Source: Balanoglossus misakiensis
Taxonomy: Eukaryota > Animalia > Hemichordata
Assembly: GCA_040954595.2 (NCBI GenBank)
Contig: CM082590.2
Span: 4,216,001-4,280,000, forward strand
Direction: 5' to 3'
DNA: 64,000 nt
Under the pieces are notes generated by a model that did not search any database, was not told where the DNA came from, and was given only the letters and a program-made list of their open reading frames with translations. Every line of letters starts with the position of its first letter. Positions within the stretch are counted from its first letter, which is position 1. The position numbers were made by a program, and so were the translations under genes. Shown here piece by piece: positions 1-13,700 of the stretch.

Positions 1-621
1 AAGAATTGTAAATTTCCCGTAAAACTAGTAATTCCGTGTACAGAGGTCAAATACATTTAGGTAAGACATTAGTTTATGGTCACAACATTATATATCTTAC
101 AAATATCGAGTACCTTACAGATATCAAGACCTGGGAATTTCTATCAACGAATGAGTTCAATTACATCTTTTACGTAATATACCTTTATTTTATTGAAATA
201 CGAGGGAGGAGGTGTTGTATATGATGGTTGCTAGTCCTTGTATTTGATCACCTTCATTTGGTCGTGATCTTGAGAGAGATAGTTTCTTCTTTGATTTCTT
301 GGTCTTTCTACAATTTATGTCTTTGTAATTGGACAATTCAAGAATATGGCGATGTGTTGTAAAGTTATAATTGGACAATGCGAATCACGCTATAATGAAT
401 CTTTGATTTCTCTTCTTTCTCAAAGACATATAAACTCTGTTATTTCTTGTCTTGAGTAGAACAACCATCTTGCAGACAACCGTGTGTTGTAACGCCTCTG
501 AACCAGAAATAAAGCCTTTTGACTCCCACTACTTCGGGTCTCAACGAGTCTCTACTTTGGTAGAACCATCTCATATCTTTGCAGCCGCAAAGTTAGAGTA
601 CCAGCTCGTCCAGCCGTAACA
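1..621 (+). mobile_element. Solo LTR (Gypsy-like), partial copy cut by the window start
   Basis: Near-identical to 10175-10794. Ends in CGTAACA (615-621), followed by ACGT (622-625), then LINE coding sequence. AATAAA near 507. Confidence 0.8.
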
Positions 622-625
622 ACGT

Positions 626-1225
626 TATGATACCATTACGCTGAGAATTGGCTAGCGTACCTTTATTATAACCTTCATTAAATGCGTCTACTACTATCTT
701 ACCTATATTTTTTCCAAAACACTCGGTAAAATTCTATAGGAAAGCCATCTGGTCCTGGTGTTTTGTTGCTTTTCATTCTGCGCATGGCTTTTAGACATTC
801 CTCCTCAGAAACTTTTCTTTCACACATTAAAGCCTCACTTGCTTTGATCTTAGACTCTATTTTAAGGTCATTTATGTATTTTTTAACTTCACTGTTATTA
901 ACACTTTTGGATTTATAAAGTTCTTCATAAAAAGCCTTTTCTTCTGCTAATATCTCATCTGTCTTTGTAATAACATTAACCATCAACCTGTTTATATGTT
1001 TTGCTCGAGATTTTTTCTTTTCTGGTCCTAGGAAATAGCGACTGTTTCTTTCTACTTCTTCGTACCACTTCACCCTGGATCTAATTTGAATCCCACGTAG
1101 TTTATTTACATATAGCTGAGTTTGTTCCTTCTTTTTGTCTTCATAAATGTTTATTAGGTCTTCCTTTTCCCTGTTATCTCTAAGTAATTTTTCTTCAATT
1201 TCTTTTAGTTGTTCTTGAATTATCC
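626..1225 (-). pseudogene. Tx1/L1-clade LINE ORF2 fragment (linker and start of reverse transcriptase)
   Basis: ORF 699-1241 has GIQIRSRVKWYEE..NSRYF, AFYEELY and KTPGPDGFPIEFY. After a frameshift it continues AFNEGYNKGTLANSQRNGIIT up to the LTR. These are typical L1/Tx1 ORF2 motifs. Confidence 0.9.
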
Positions 1226-1789
1226 AAAAATAACGTGTCAAAATATTCTAGCCGATTTTTGTGGAGCATCTATAATCAATGTGGCGGTATTTGTAAACAA
1301 CCATCCAACTTTGTTTTCTACTATATACAGTGTACTTTAAACTGGTCGTGGTGCGGTCTTTTGTTGGAAGTTTAACAGTGAATTATCTTATAGGGCTTCA
1401 GTTATAAACAGCAGTAGCTTGGTTTGTGAACAAAAGATTTGCTGTTTCTTGTAAATATTTGATTTGTTGTCATGTAAAGAAGGGTTGCGCTTTCCCCTCA
1501 CATTCCTTCTGGACGCAGGATTGTCAGTCTCGGGGGCTTAGGTGGACAAGCTCTGGTCTGCACTCACACTAAAGTCACTTGACTCTGAAATCATACACAC
1601 TATTGATCCCGTTGCCGTTCTTCAAGTCCTACATCGTCGATCAATCCTTACAGTTATTACAGCACCATAAACGTTAGGCAAACTAAATAATCACGCTAAC
1701 AGGGTGGTATGATATCGATACCAGATGCTATTTTGGAGACTGAGATAAAGTTATAAACTAAAAAATTCAACATCAATCTAAAATTTGTG

Positions 1790-4700
1790 AGCTGAGACAT
1801 GTTTAAAGAAGGGCAATTGACACGTCACCCACACCAAACGCACTGATAAGAACAACAGTATAAGACCCACGTTGACAAAAGTTTAGACGGTTCAGCCTAA
1901 GTTTGGATTTCTAATCCTGTACTACTGTTGTCGTCCCTCTTGTCGCTACCAAGTAAATCGGATTCAACGCCCTCCTATTTGCAACCAAGATAAATGTTTT
2001 TTATTAGTCAACTGCTTGCAAAATCTGCATCTGATTTCAGTTGGAGTAATAACACTTGTAATGTAGATAACAGTTTGCTTGGCAATTGCTTGAAGTTATT
2101 ATTGTCATAGAGAATGACCTTCATCAACACCTTCATCTGATTATATTTGGAGTCAGTGAGACTGTACGTGTACCAGTGTTAATTGTGCCATCTTTATCAG
2201 CAGCGTTCATTCGCATTAATCCTTTTCGACTAGGATTTATTAAAACCAAAACCAGTGTCTATTAAATTTTTCAACCAGTATTGATTTTATTGCTGTTATC
2301 AGCGCTCTCTCAGTGGTACGGAATAAAGCGGTATGGGGGATATTTGTGACATGACAACTATAAAATGTATTCATAAATTTGAAACCACTCAACACATTTT
2401 ATAGCACAGAATGTTTTAGTTGGTAGAGAAATACTCCACCATTCAAACACACAATCAAGCAGCATAAAGAAACACTTCTCAACCAGATCGCGATAAAGTC
2501 AGGATTATCATGAGCTACAATCCATACAGCTGTTTTGCATTCAACACATTGACGTAAACTATTCCCCACCCCCTTGTACAGTTTCTGCGTTGCCAGAGGA
2601 GACCATGTTTTATTTCTCATATTTAGAATTAATCAATTATTCATGGGCCAATTACAGAGTTGACGAAACGGAGCCAATCAGAACAGACGTCTTTCTAAAT
2701 GAGTTCACATATAAATTAAACCGTTACTTGTCCAATACTATTTTATTTCTACTGCAGATCGCTGCCTTACGTGAATGTTGCATGATTGATTTGGGAATTT
2801 GTTCTACTCTGTTTCGAACTGTGGTGACTGTGCTCGAACCCAGTACAACGGTAAATGCTTCATGCGTGTGAGTACGGATATGTTCCACAGAAGATTACTT
2901 CGAGGACACACTGCACTGTCAACAAGATCGCGTGTCTACATGGCCTCGGAAAAAGTCCTCAGAATTTCGGTAGATTTTCTTTCGAATATCGTTAATGTTG
3001 TGAAGAAATTGCAACTGATCGATTATGGAACATCTATTGAACTTTTTTAAGGGGTGCACCACTTTGCAACGCAAACAAAAAGTGTCGCGATGAAATGTGA
3101 ACTTGTTCATTTCAAACAAAAATAAAGCAAATACGTCCACAAATTACAATGATCATGCATTGCAATACTGTTTTAGATGGTCAGGATATAAACTGAGAAT
3201 TTACTTTTGCAAGCCAACATCATATTTTTATAATGTCAATTAAATTCAAGAAGACCCGTGGCATCATTTCAAAATATTAATTCCTACATACAAACTAATA
3301 ATTGCTAAATTAGCTAACTTTAATCTTATTACACTTACCGCCGAGTTCTGAATGACACGCCGTCAAAGCCACTGGACGTCCACCTGCATACACGGTCAGA
3401 ATAGTCGCTGAATGACAGAGCAGACAACTTTATAGGAACCGCATTGATAACAGCGCCACTTTGCATGGTTTATTGCTTTTCACCACTGCCTTGCACAAAT
3501 GGAATTAAGTCGAAACCACTCAACACCATTTATTGCAACCAATGTTTAGCTTTACGCACACAAAATACCCCTGCTGTTAACCATCAGCATATATAAGTCT
3601 AAATTTTTTCTTCTCTATAAAATGGAAGTATGAATTTCATCAGCTCTTTTGTAACACAAATTGTCCATTCTTTTGTGCATATGTGTATTGGAATGTATTA
3701 TCGTAGCGGGGGGGGGGCTCCTTAAAGATTAAATACTGTTTAATCTATTAATATGTAGCACGTAATGTTTGTTTAGTCTGCAGAAAAACAGTCCACCACA
3801 ATCAAGTATCTACAAACATTTTTCAACCAGACCGCGATAAAGTCAGGAATTATCGTTAGCTACAGCTGTATGGCAAAATATTGTCGCAACTATGGTCCCT
3901 TTAAAGCAACAGTTTCTGAGTTGCCAAACGAGGCCGTCGCTTATTTCGCATGTGTTTAATTATTCATCGGGCAATTTAAGCGCTGGCGAAACGGAACCAA
4001 TCAGAACGTGCGTCTCATAAATGTATCGAAATGCAAATTTAACCGTTACTTTGCCTTGCCGATTGGTATTATTTTTTTCTACCGCAGATCGCTGTCCTGC
4101 GTGAGTGTTTGGTGATTGATGGTGATTCGCTGCTCTGTTTCGGCCTTGGTGAAAATCACAGTTGAGGAGTCGAGTAGTGACCGTGTGTTTATGCATGTGT
4201 TCGTGTCCGCTTATTAGCCGGAGACTTCGGTGGAGTCGCTAAGGTCTGACAGTCAATAGGACACCGCTTGAACAAGTACAAAGTAAATCATGACATGTTG
4301 AGTAGAATAGTGTATTTCAAGGGGTATATTTAAGAACATTGGCACAATTTAAAGTCTATAGGCATAATTGTGTGTATATTGGAAAACAACATTCAGACTA
4401 TATTACAGTTCTGAATTCAATCCCTTGTCCACAATCCTATACATGCAGTGACGGGACAGGTATACATTTCAGGCCCTGTCACGAAACTGTGTCTACAGCA
4501 CATTATATAGCTATGTCAGCCCAGCTGTCACATATATTGTGAAAGGCTGGCGCCATACCTGCGTCTCTTTGAAGAAACTCATGTCGGGTCAGAGGTCATC
4601 ATTCATTTATATTGCATGACTCCGGTCTGCCATGTTTATAGACGCATTGTCAGATTGAATACAAAGTAACACAGGCATGTATTTCAACAGGTGTTTTATC

Positions 4701-7580
4701 TCAAGCTGGGACCTGCTGCTCATAAAATTTACTTCACAATAAAGCAGCGAAAGAGGTAATACGTGTAACCACTAAAATTATAAATAAAATGGCGTTATGA
4801 GAGACCGGGACTTCTTTGTTATTCGTCACACGTTGGATAACCACGTGTGTCATGAAGAAATTAACTTAACGTTAAGTAGTGCGTAAAACGGATAATCGCT
4901 GAGTAAGTTCAAGGTGGCATTGCATGACAAGTTGTGACTTTTGCCAAATTTTACTTGTTTACATAAATCGGTAGGTCTAATACTGATCCACATTCTGACA
5001 AATGCGTCTTGGCGGAAATGGTGCATAATCACTTTTTCTGAATGAGTCCCCAGCTTAAGAAATAGTTGTCGAAAATGCAAATTGCCGTTTTTCTCAGTTT
5101 TCATTTTCGCTGCTTTTGACAACTTCAGAAGAATTTAGCTTCGCTCTGAGTTGGCCGAATTTGCTCAAATTTTAACAGGGGATTGTGTATGACCCATCTA
5201 ACAATACGAAATTTGTTTTGTCGATAAAGTGTCCCTGGCGGGAATAAACTCTGATTCAATACAACTCACCGTGAATTTGATCAAATTTCCTAAAAATCTA
5301 ACTTTCAAACGCTGATACTCCACAATGGAAGCAGATAACGCAAAACATTTTTTTCTTTTTTTGCACGTTTTGAATGCTATAATATTAGGCCGCATTATTT
5401 CACAATGACTCGAAACTCGTCGATCAAAATCATACTAACGCACAACGTGTGGCCAACGGACATTACGCTCTTTCAGTACGTTCAGATCCTGGTCGCTCAT
5501 AAATCACCGGCTGTGTAGTCCAAAATCCACAGACTACAAACAAATGATTTTCCAGCCTATTTCTGAAAAAAATGTCAATGCTTATTAAAATGTTGACATA
5601 TCTTAGCCAGACTCCTCCGGAAGCAACTCGCTACACAGCGGAGAGAACAAGGGGTGGACGACCTTTCCTTTGCGAGCAACGCACGGGACATGGGCCTCTA
5701 GTGGAAAGAGGGGATGTACTGTTGGGTTATAGAATGTGTTATCTCTTTGTCAAAGCTTTCAGTCTTCCTATGTTGAACGTAACATTTAAACTTCGCCGGG
5801 ATTTCACAATGCGAAATAATTGTAAATATATGGTCTTTGGAATGAAAGCAGAATAAGTTTGTATTTTGAATGTGGATGTGACCATCAATACTAAAGCTGC
5901 CACCCCTTTGAATATTTCTACAGCCTACGTTGATCACCTGATCAAACTGTTACCAACATGGCTATAATTCCGCGATCCGGAGGCAATAGGTTAAAATTTC
6001 TGGCCGTGAAATTTTTTATCTCGGCGCGCGCATCTTTTCAAAGCTTTGCTTTTTTTTTAAAGTATGCGTGTATGTTTGACCGGTATCGCGTTGCAATTTG
6101 GTAATGTGACAATATATTGACTCCTTGCTGCACAACTCAAAAAATGAAAAATTGTGGCTACATTACCTGAATACAACGCGATATTGGTAAAACTTGTTGT
6201 AATATCTCCTAAATAATCCCCATAATGTAAAATGGACATGGGACTCGCAAGAAATGACAGGTGTACAAGGGATGTTGGAGTGTCCAAGGAATGTGTCGTT
6301 TAGGATAGACTCAGAAACGCGACAACACCCACTTTGCAATGTAAACAAAAATGCCGACATGCACTGTGAACTCGCACCTATAAAACAAAGATAAGGCAAA
6401 TGCGTCCATCATGAATAATGCTCGTTCGTTAAAATAATGTTTTGAGATGTTCTGGATTTTAATTAAGAATTTCCTCTTCGTCTTCGTTTTATAATGTCGA
6501 ATAAAATCAAAGTCTTGTTGCATAATGTCAAAAATCGTACAAAAAAATCATTATTTTAAAATGATCTAACTTAAGTCTTGAACTCCTTACTCTCCACATA
6601 GAGTTCTGAATGGCACGTTGTCAAAGACACTAGACGTCGACCTGCAAAGGAACCGCGTTGATAACAACGCCACTTTGTGTCGTTTACCGCTGTCCCCTAG
6701 TGCCTCGCACAAAAGGAATTCAGTCGAAACCACTCGACGTCAATTATTGCAACCAGTGTTTATCTTTACACCCAAAAAAACACACTAGCTGTAAAATATA
6801 AACATATAAAGCTATATAGTCCACATTTGTTCGTCCCTAAATGTGTATTTTATACCCTTCAGCTGTCTTGTAATGTTAATTGTCGATTCGTGTATGTTGG
6901 AATGTATTAGCGTAGCCGGGAGCATTTCTGGAATTTCAGATTAAAGAAAACAAATGAGATTAACTATAAAATATAAAATTCCGCACAAAGGGGGACTGAA
7001 GAGGCTCTCCAATCAAGAATTTGTGAGGCGAGACATGTTTGAAGGGCAATTGACACATGACCCACAACACACGCACTGATAAGAACAACAGTATCAGACC
7101 CACGTTGACAAACAGTTTTAGACAGGTCAGGTCAATTTTTGAGATTTCCATCCCTGTACCATGTTGTCCCCTCTCTGGGCGCACACCAAGTCAACCGGAT
7201 ACAACGCCCTCACATGTGCAACGAATGTAAATGTTTTTTTTTTTCCGGCAACTGCTTGCAGAATCTGGCCTCCCCATGCATTTGATGACATTTGGAGTCA
7301 GTGAGACTCCATGTGTGCCAGTGTTACTTGTGTCATATTTATCACCACCATTCATCCGCATTCATTCATCTTTTTGACTATATTGATTAAAACATAGATC
7401 AGCCACTATTAATTTTTACGGCAGCATTTTGTGCGTTGCCAGAATTGGTCTTGGTTTAATTCACACGTTTATAATTATTAATAGGACAGTTCCAGCACTG
7501 GCGAAACAGGGCCAAACAGAACGTGCGTCTGATAAGTGTGTTCAGTAAATTAAACTGTCACTTTGCCTACAGCCGAGTAT
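1790..7580. repeat. Old degenerate multi-module repeat (also 11450-15040)
   Basis: Recurrent diverged blocks: gagacatgttt..gggcaattgacac (1795, 7030, 12071); gagttctgaatgacac (3343, 6601, 11688, 13595); gaaaccactc (2381, 3512, 6726, 11855, 13764); ccaatcagaac module (2674, 3997, ~7510, ~12926, ~14312). Confidence 0.75.
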
Positions 7581-10122
7581 TTTATTTTATTTTATTTTCT
7601 TTAAAGTAGTGTTTATTCAACTCAAATTAACATACATTTTTACATCCCACTCAATTAACATACATTTATACACATGCGTCTGTTAAGGGCAAAATCCAAC
7701 TTTACAATGTTTCTGTTCATTATCAATATTACAAATACATATAATTATGGTGAACTCTATAGTAATTTTACATCTCAAAGAAGACTTAGACACACTTGAA
7801 TTTGTCCATCCTGTTTTATCTGTTGAAAGTACGTTAACTCATCTATTAATAATCGCCGTATGTGATTTTCGTTAATCATTCTTGCTTTGTATACACAAAA
7901 AGTTGCCACCATTATGATCATATTTAGTGATTCTAGATTGTCGCATTCCATCATGTACCCAAATACAATATGCTTCCAAATTAGCTTTATATTTATGTTG
8001 TACACATTATTAATAAGAATGTTCAGTCTTTACCAAAACTGCTTCACAACCGAAAAGAAAATGTATGCAGTTATCCGTACATTTACATAGTTTACAATTC
8101 GGGTTGTCTGCTTTCTTCAATTTCCACAGATTTAAACCGTGTTTGATTTTGTTATAAAGTAAAAGATAACTAAATTGGGCAATGTTGTTAACACCCATGT
8201 CTTTTATTTTAATTTTCATTATTAACGCCCAGTTTATGTGTTCTATATCATATCTTCTGGACCAAAATGCCGGCGCATATGATTTCACTCAGGGCTGCCT
8301 TTCTGTCTACAATATGCCAATAAAAATCTTTGCATAAAAAATCATGTACATCTTCGTATTTCCCTGTGTGATCTTTTCTCATTATTGGCTTTATATCTCG
8401 ATTTACACACAGAAAGTTCTTAGCAGACATCATACTTCTCTCCTACTCGTTTGGTATGGCTTTTTTCAGTATTAGATACTGTGTTTTATTACATATGTAC
8501 CGTCGATTACTTGCACCGAGCGCGCGCGTAACATCGGTATTTGCACTCAGTGCAATACCAAAAACATTATGCCATACATGTATGCAAATGAGTGGCCTGT
8601 TCACGAAACAAGCAATATCATTCCGCGGTCTCATTTCTTTCATTTTCGGTCTTTTTTTTCAAAATGGGATCAACATATATAATAAATTTAATAAAACACC
8701 TTTTGAAACAAATCTGAGACATACATTATGTTGTAGTCAATCCATTCAGTAAAAAACAAGAATCTATTATTACATGTTATATGTTGATTTCCCCAAATAA
8801 CTTCCTCTCCAATATTGTTCGGAGACATTTTAACCTTGTTGTTATTCATGACAATATCGTACCAGCTAAATAGAACATTTCTGAAAAAGTTTGACATGTT
8901 TCTCGTAATGAAAGTTAGGCCTCTTTTGTCCAAATTGTAAGAGAAGATATTTTCGATCCCTCCGAAATCTTTGAAATAAAAATCAATCACTGCTTTCCAC
9001 GTGTCAGAATTGGCTTTCATGAGCCGTTCCACCCATCTACATTTCAGTGCCTTCACCATTGACCTGATAACAATCATTTGTACCCCTCCCTTTTCATATT
9101 TATTTATAATGATTTCTCTCTTAATCTTCCCTTTTTCCCACTCCATAAAAAATCATAGAACAAACTACTTAATCTATTTACCACGGCATCAGGAATGTCA
9201 ATCATCGATGCCAAATATGTTATTTTCGACATGGCTAAACATTTAATAATCGTGATTTTTCCAAAAATTGACAAATATATTTTCTTCCATGAATCTAAGA
9301 GTGTTTCAATTCTGTCAATCTTAGTATCCCAATTTATCTTCCTTACCTCCTCTTTAAAACGTGCATATCCAAAATAAACACCCAATACTTTAATTGGTTT
9401 ATCAGGCCATGAAATCAAGCCAAGGTTGTTCTTAGCTTTCCAGCCTCCTAGTTTTAAGCCTTCAGTCTTGTCTCTTTTTAGTTTCAAACTAGAATACTTC
9501 CCATACTCATCAATCAAGTTAAGTAAACGCATGAGAGATCTTTCTTTGCTTATGTATACCTGCATATCATCAGCTAATTGTGTGATCTTAACTTTATAAT
9601 TATTAACTTTGTAACCCTCTATTTCGTCATCATTTCTAATTACAGTTGCACGAATTTCTGCTACTATTAGAAATAAAATCGCAGACAGGGGACATCCCTG
9701 TCAAATACCCCTTTGTAGATTAAAAAGTTACGTTATCCAACCATTATTTATGACGGAACTATTACAATGGAATAGATAGTCTTAATCCATGTTATAAAAG
9801 AATGACCTAATCCAAATTTTTCCAGTGCTAAGAACATAAAATTATGTTCGACAGTATCAAATGCCTTACAAAAGTCAAGGAACAAAATTGCTCCCCCTTT
9901 CTTACGTTTCTCCGAGAAGTCAATAATATCCTGAATAAGCCGAACGTTTTGGCCACTAAAACGTCCTTTAGTATAGCCAACTTGGTCAGTACTAATCAAC
10001 TTAGGTATAACCTGATTTAATCTATTGGCTAACACGCATGATGATATTTTTTAATCATAATTGAGCAGCGATATGGGCATCTACTTTTTTAGATTAAGCC
10101 TACACTTCTTTTTTATGTATTA
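7578..10122 (-). mobile_element. Decayed Tx1/L1-clade non-LTR retrotransposon, 3' part (RT, CCHC knuckle, 3' UTR, tail)
   Basis: Minus-strand motifs PISLLNYD, LANRL, LDFCKAFDTVEH, QGCPLSAILF (~9670-9700), QLADD (~9566-9580) and C-terminal CKLCKCTDNCIHFLFGC (~8045-8096). Many stops and frameshifts. AATAAA (tttatt 7612-7617) and (AAATA)n tail at 7578-7598. Confidence 0.92.
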
Positions 10123-10126
10123 ACGT

Positions 10127-10794
10127 TGTTACGATATATAAAAATGGGAAAATTGAAGAATTTCAATCGCATTAAAGAATTGTAAATTTCCCGTAAAACT
10201 AGTAATTCCGTGTACAGAGGTCAAATACCTTTAGGTAAGACATTAGTTTATGGTCACAACATTATATATCTTACAAATATCGAGTACCTTACAGATATCA
10301 AGACCTGGGAATTTCTATCAACGAATGAGTTCAATTACATTTTTTACGTAATATACCTTTATTTTATTGAAATACGAGGGAGGAGGTGTTTGTATATGAT
10401 GGTTGCTAGTCCTTGTATTTGATCACCTTCATTTGGTCGTGATCTTGACAGAGATAATTTCTTCTTTGATTACTTGGTCTTTCTACAATTTATGTCTTTG
10501 TAATTGGACAATTCAAGAATATGGCGATGTGTTGTAAAGTTATAATTGGACAATGCGAATCACGCTATAATGAATCTTTAATTTCTTTTCTTTCTCAACG
10601 ACATATAAACTCTGTAATTTCTTGTCTTGAGTAGAACACCATCTTGCAGACAACCGTGTGTTGTAACGCCCCTGAACCAGAAATATAGCCTTTTGACTCC
10701 CACTACTTCGGGTCTCAACGAGTCTCTATTTTGGTAGATCCATCTCACCTCTTTGCAGCCGCAAAGTTAGAGTACCAGCTCGACAGCCATAACA
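10127..10794 (+). mobile_element. Complete 668-bp solo LTR (Gypsy-like) with 4-bp ACGT TSD, inserted in LINE RT
   Basis: Termini TGTTACG...CATAACA (CGTAACA in copy 1). ACGT at 10123-10126 and 10795-10798. Removing the insert restores LINE peptide NGIITLIHKK. Confidence 0.85.
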
Positions 10795-13700
10795 ACGTTA
10801 TGATACCATTACACTGAGAATTGGCTAGCGTACCTTTATTATAACCTTCATTAAATGCGTCTACTACTATCTTACAAATGTTTATTATGTCTTCCTTTTC
10901 CCTGTTATCTCTAAGTAATTTTTCTTCAATTTCTTTTAGTTGTTCTTGAATTATCCAAAAATAACGTGTCAAAATATTCTAGCCGATTTTTGTGGAGCAT
11001 CTATAATCAATGTGGCGGTATTTGTAAGCCAACCATCCAACTTTGTTTTCTACTATATACAGTGTACTTTAAACTGGTCATGGTGCGGTCTTTTGTTGGA
11101 AGCTTAACAGTGAATTATCTGTTATGGCTTTAATAATAAAAAGCGGTAGCTTGGTTTGTGAACAAAAGATCTGCTGTTTCTTGTAAATATTTGATTTGTT
11201 GTCATGTAAAGAAGGGTTCCGCTTTCCCCTCACATTCCTTCTGGACGCAGGATTGTCAGTCTCGGGGCTCATGTTGACAAGCTCTGCAGGGTTGCACTCA
11301 CAAAATAGTCGCCAGACTCTGAAATCATACACACTGTTGATCCCGTTGCCGTTCTTCAAGTCCTACACCGTCGATCAATCCTTACAGTTTTTACAACACC
11401 ATAAACGTTAGGCAAACTAAATAATCACGCTAACAGGGTGGTATGATATTTTGTTGGTTTATAGATATGTGAGGCAACATTACTTTGTATTTCACAAAGA
11501 CTCGAAACTCCGGCGTGGTAATGATCACTCATTAAAATAATGTTTTGGGTGTTCAAGATATTAACTGGAATTTATAATGTAGAATAAATTCAAGAAGGCT
11601 TGTGGCATCATTTCAAACTTCGTACAAACAAACTAATAATTGCAAATTAGCTATTTTTAGTCTTGGAATCGATACACTCAACACCGATTTCTGAATGACA
11701 CACCCTCAAAGCCAGCGATTATCGATATACACGGTCAGAAAACTCGCTATATGACGCAGCAAACAAATTTAAAAGAACCGCACAGATAACAACACCGCTT
11801 TGCATGCATGGTTACTGCTGTCCGCACCTGCCTCGCACAAATGGAATTCAACTGAAACCACTCGACGTCATTTATTGCAACCAGTGTTGGATTATGCACA
11901 AATAATAATGCCGCGTCTGTTCAGATAAACACATATGCAGTTTTGTAAATCTGACTTCCCATCAGTTATCTGGCAATGTTAAATGTCAATTCGTGTAGAA
12001 AAAAAAACATGGAGACTGAGATAAAGTTATAAACTAAAAAATTCAACATCAATCTAAAATTTGTGAGCTGGGACATGTTTAAAGAAGGGCAATTGACACG
12101 TCACCCACACCAAACGCACTGATAAGAAAGCAGTGTAAGACCCACCCACGTAGACAGTTCAGCTTAAGTTTGGATTTCTAATCCTGTACAACTTGTCGCT
12201 ACCAAGTAAATCGGATTCAACGCCCTCCTATTTGCAACCAAGATAAATGTTTTTATTAGTCAACTGCTTGCAAAACCTGCATCTGATTTCAGTTGGAGTC
12301 CTAACACGTGTAATGTAGATAACAGTTTGCTTGGCAATTGCTTGCAGTTATTATTGTCATAGAGAATGGCAATCATCAACACCTTCATCTGATTATATTT
12401 GGAGTCAGTGAGATTGCATGTGTACCAGTGTTAATTGTGTCATCTTTATTAGCACCGTTCATTCGCATTAATCCTTTTCGACTAGGATTTATTAAAACCA
12501 AAACCAGTGTCTATTAAATTTTTCAGCCAGTATTGATTTTATTGCTGTTATCAGCGCTCTCTCAGTGGTACGGAATAAAGCGGTATGGGGGATATTTGTG
12601 ACATGACAACTATAAAATGTATTCATAAATTTGAAACCACTCAACACATTTTATAGCACAGAATGTTTTAGTTGGTAGAGAAATACTCCACCATTCAAAC
12701 ACACAATCAAGCAGCATAAAGAAACACTTCTCAACCAGATCGCGATAAAGTCATGATTATCATGAGCTACAATTCATACAGCTGTTTTGCATTCAACACA
12801 TTGACGTAAACTATTCCCCACCCCCTTGTACAGTTTCTGCGTTGCCAGAGGAGACCATGTTTTATTTCTCATTTTTAGAATTAATCAATTATTCATCGGC
12901 CAATTACAGAGTTGACGAAACGGAGCCAATCAGAACAGACGTCTTTCCAAATGAGTTCACATATAAATTAAACCGTTACTTGTCCAATACTATTCTATTT
13001 CTACTGCAGATCGCTGCCTTACGTGAATGTTGCATGATTGATTTGGGAATTTGTTCTACTCTGTTTCGAACTGTGATGACTGTGCTCGAACCCAGTACAA
13101 CGGTAAATGCTTCATGCGTGTGAGTACAGATATGTTCCACAGAAGATTACATCGAGGACACACTGCACTGTCAACAGGATCGCGTGTCTACATGGCCACG
13201 GAAAAAGTCCTCAGAATTTCGGTAGATTTTCTTTCGAATATCGTTAATGTTGTGAAGAAATTGCAACTGATAGATTATGGAACATCTATTTAACTTTTTT
13301 AAGGGGTGCACCACTTTGCAACGTAAACAAAAAGTGTCGCAATGCACTGTGCACTTGTTCTTTTAAAGCAAAAAATATAGCAAATACGTTTATCAATTGC
13401 AATCATCATTCATTGCAATAATGTTTTGATGTTCAGGATATAAACTGAGAATTTACTTTTGCCAGCCAAAATCATATTTTTATAATGTCAATTAAATTCA
13501 AGAAGACTCGTGGCATCATTTCAAACTATTAATTCCTACATACAAACTAATAATTGCTAAATTAGCTAACGTTAGTCTCAATACACTTACCGCCGAGTTC
13601 TGAATGACACGCCGTCAAAGCCACTGGACGTCGACCTGCATACACGGTCAGAATAGTCGTTGAATGACAGAGCAGACAACTTTAAAGGAACCGCATTGAT

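Larger units (their letters stand above)
1..4260 (+). repeat. Segmental duplication, copy 1 (matches 10175-14573)
   Basis: Direct sequence identity. Paired ORFs: 36/10210, 2590/12842, 2799/13051. Confidence 0.9.

Noticed and set aside
4088-4252. U2/U3 snRNA or C/D snoRNA similarity (ATCGCT start, TGATGA, CTGA)
   Set aside because: Only short word matches. The C-like box is intact only in the 14.4-kb copy and the D-like box only in the 4.2-kb copy. An Infernal/Rfam search would settle it.
4300-6050. DNA transposon interrupting the old repeat
   Set aside because: The sequence is foreign to the module, but candidate TIRs (ttcaaggtggca / tgccacccctttgaa) are too imperfect and no TSD or transposase motif is visible.
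11078-11420. Possible LINE ORF1 relic upstream of ORF2 (YGVVKTVR, LKNGN on the minus strand)
   Set aside because: Motifs lie in different frames, with no zinc knuckle and no endonuclease domain between them and ORF2. Too weak without an HMM search.
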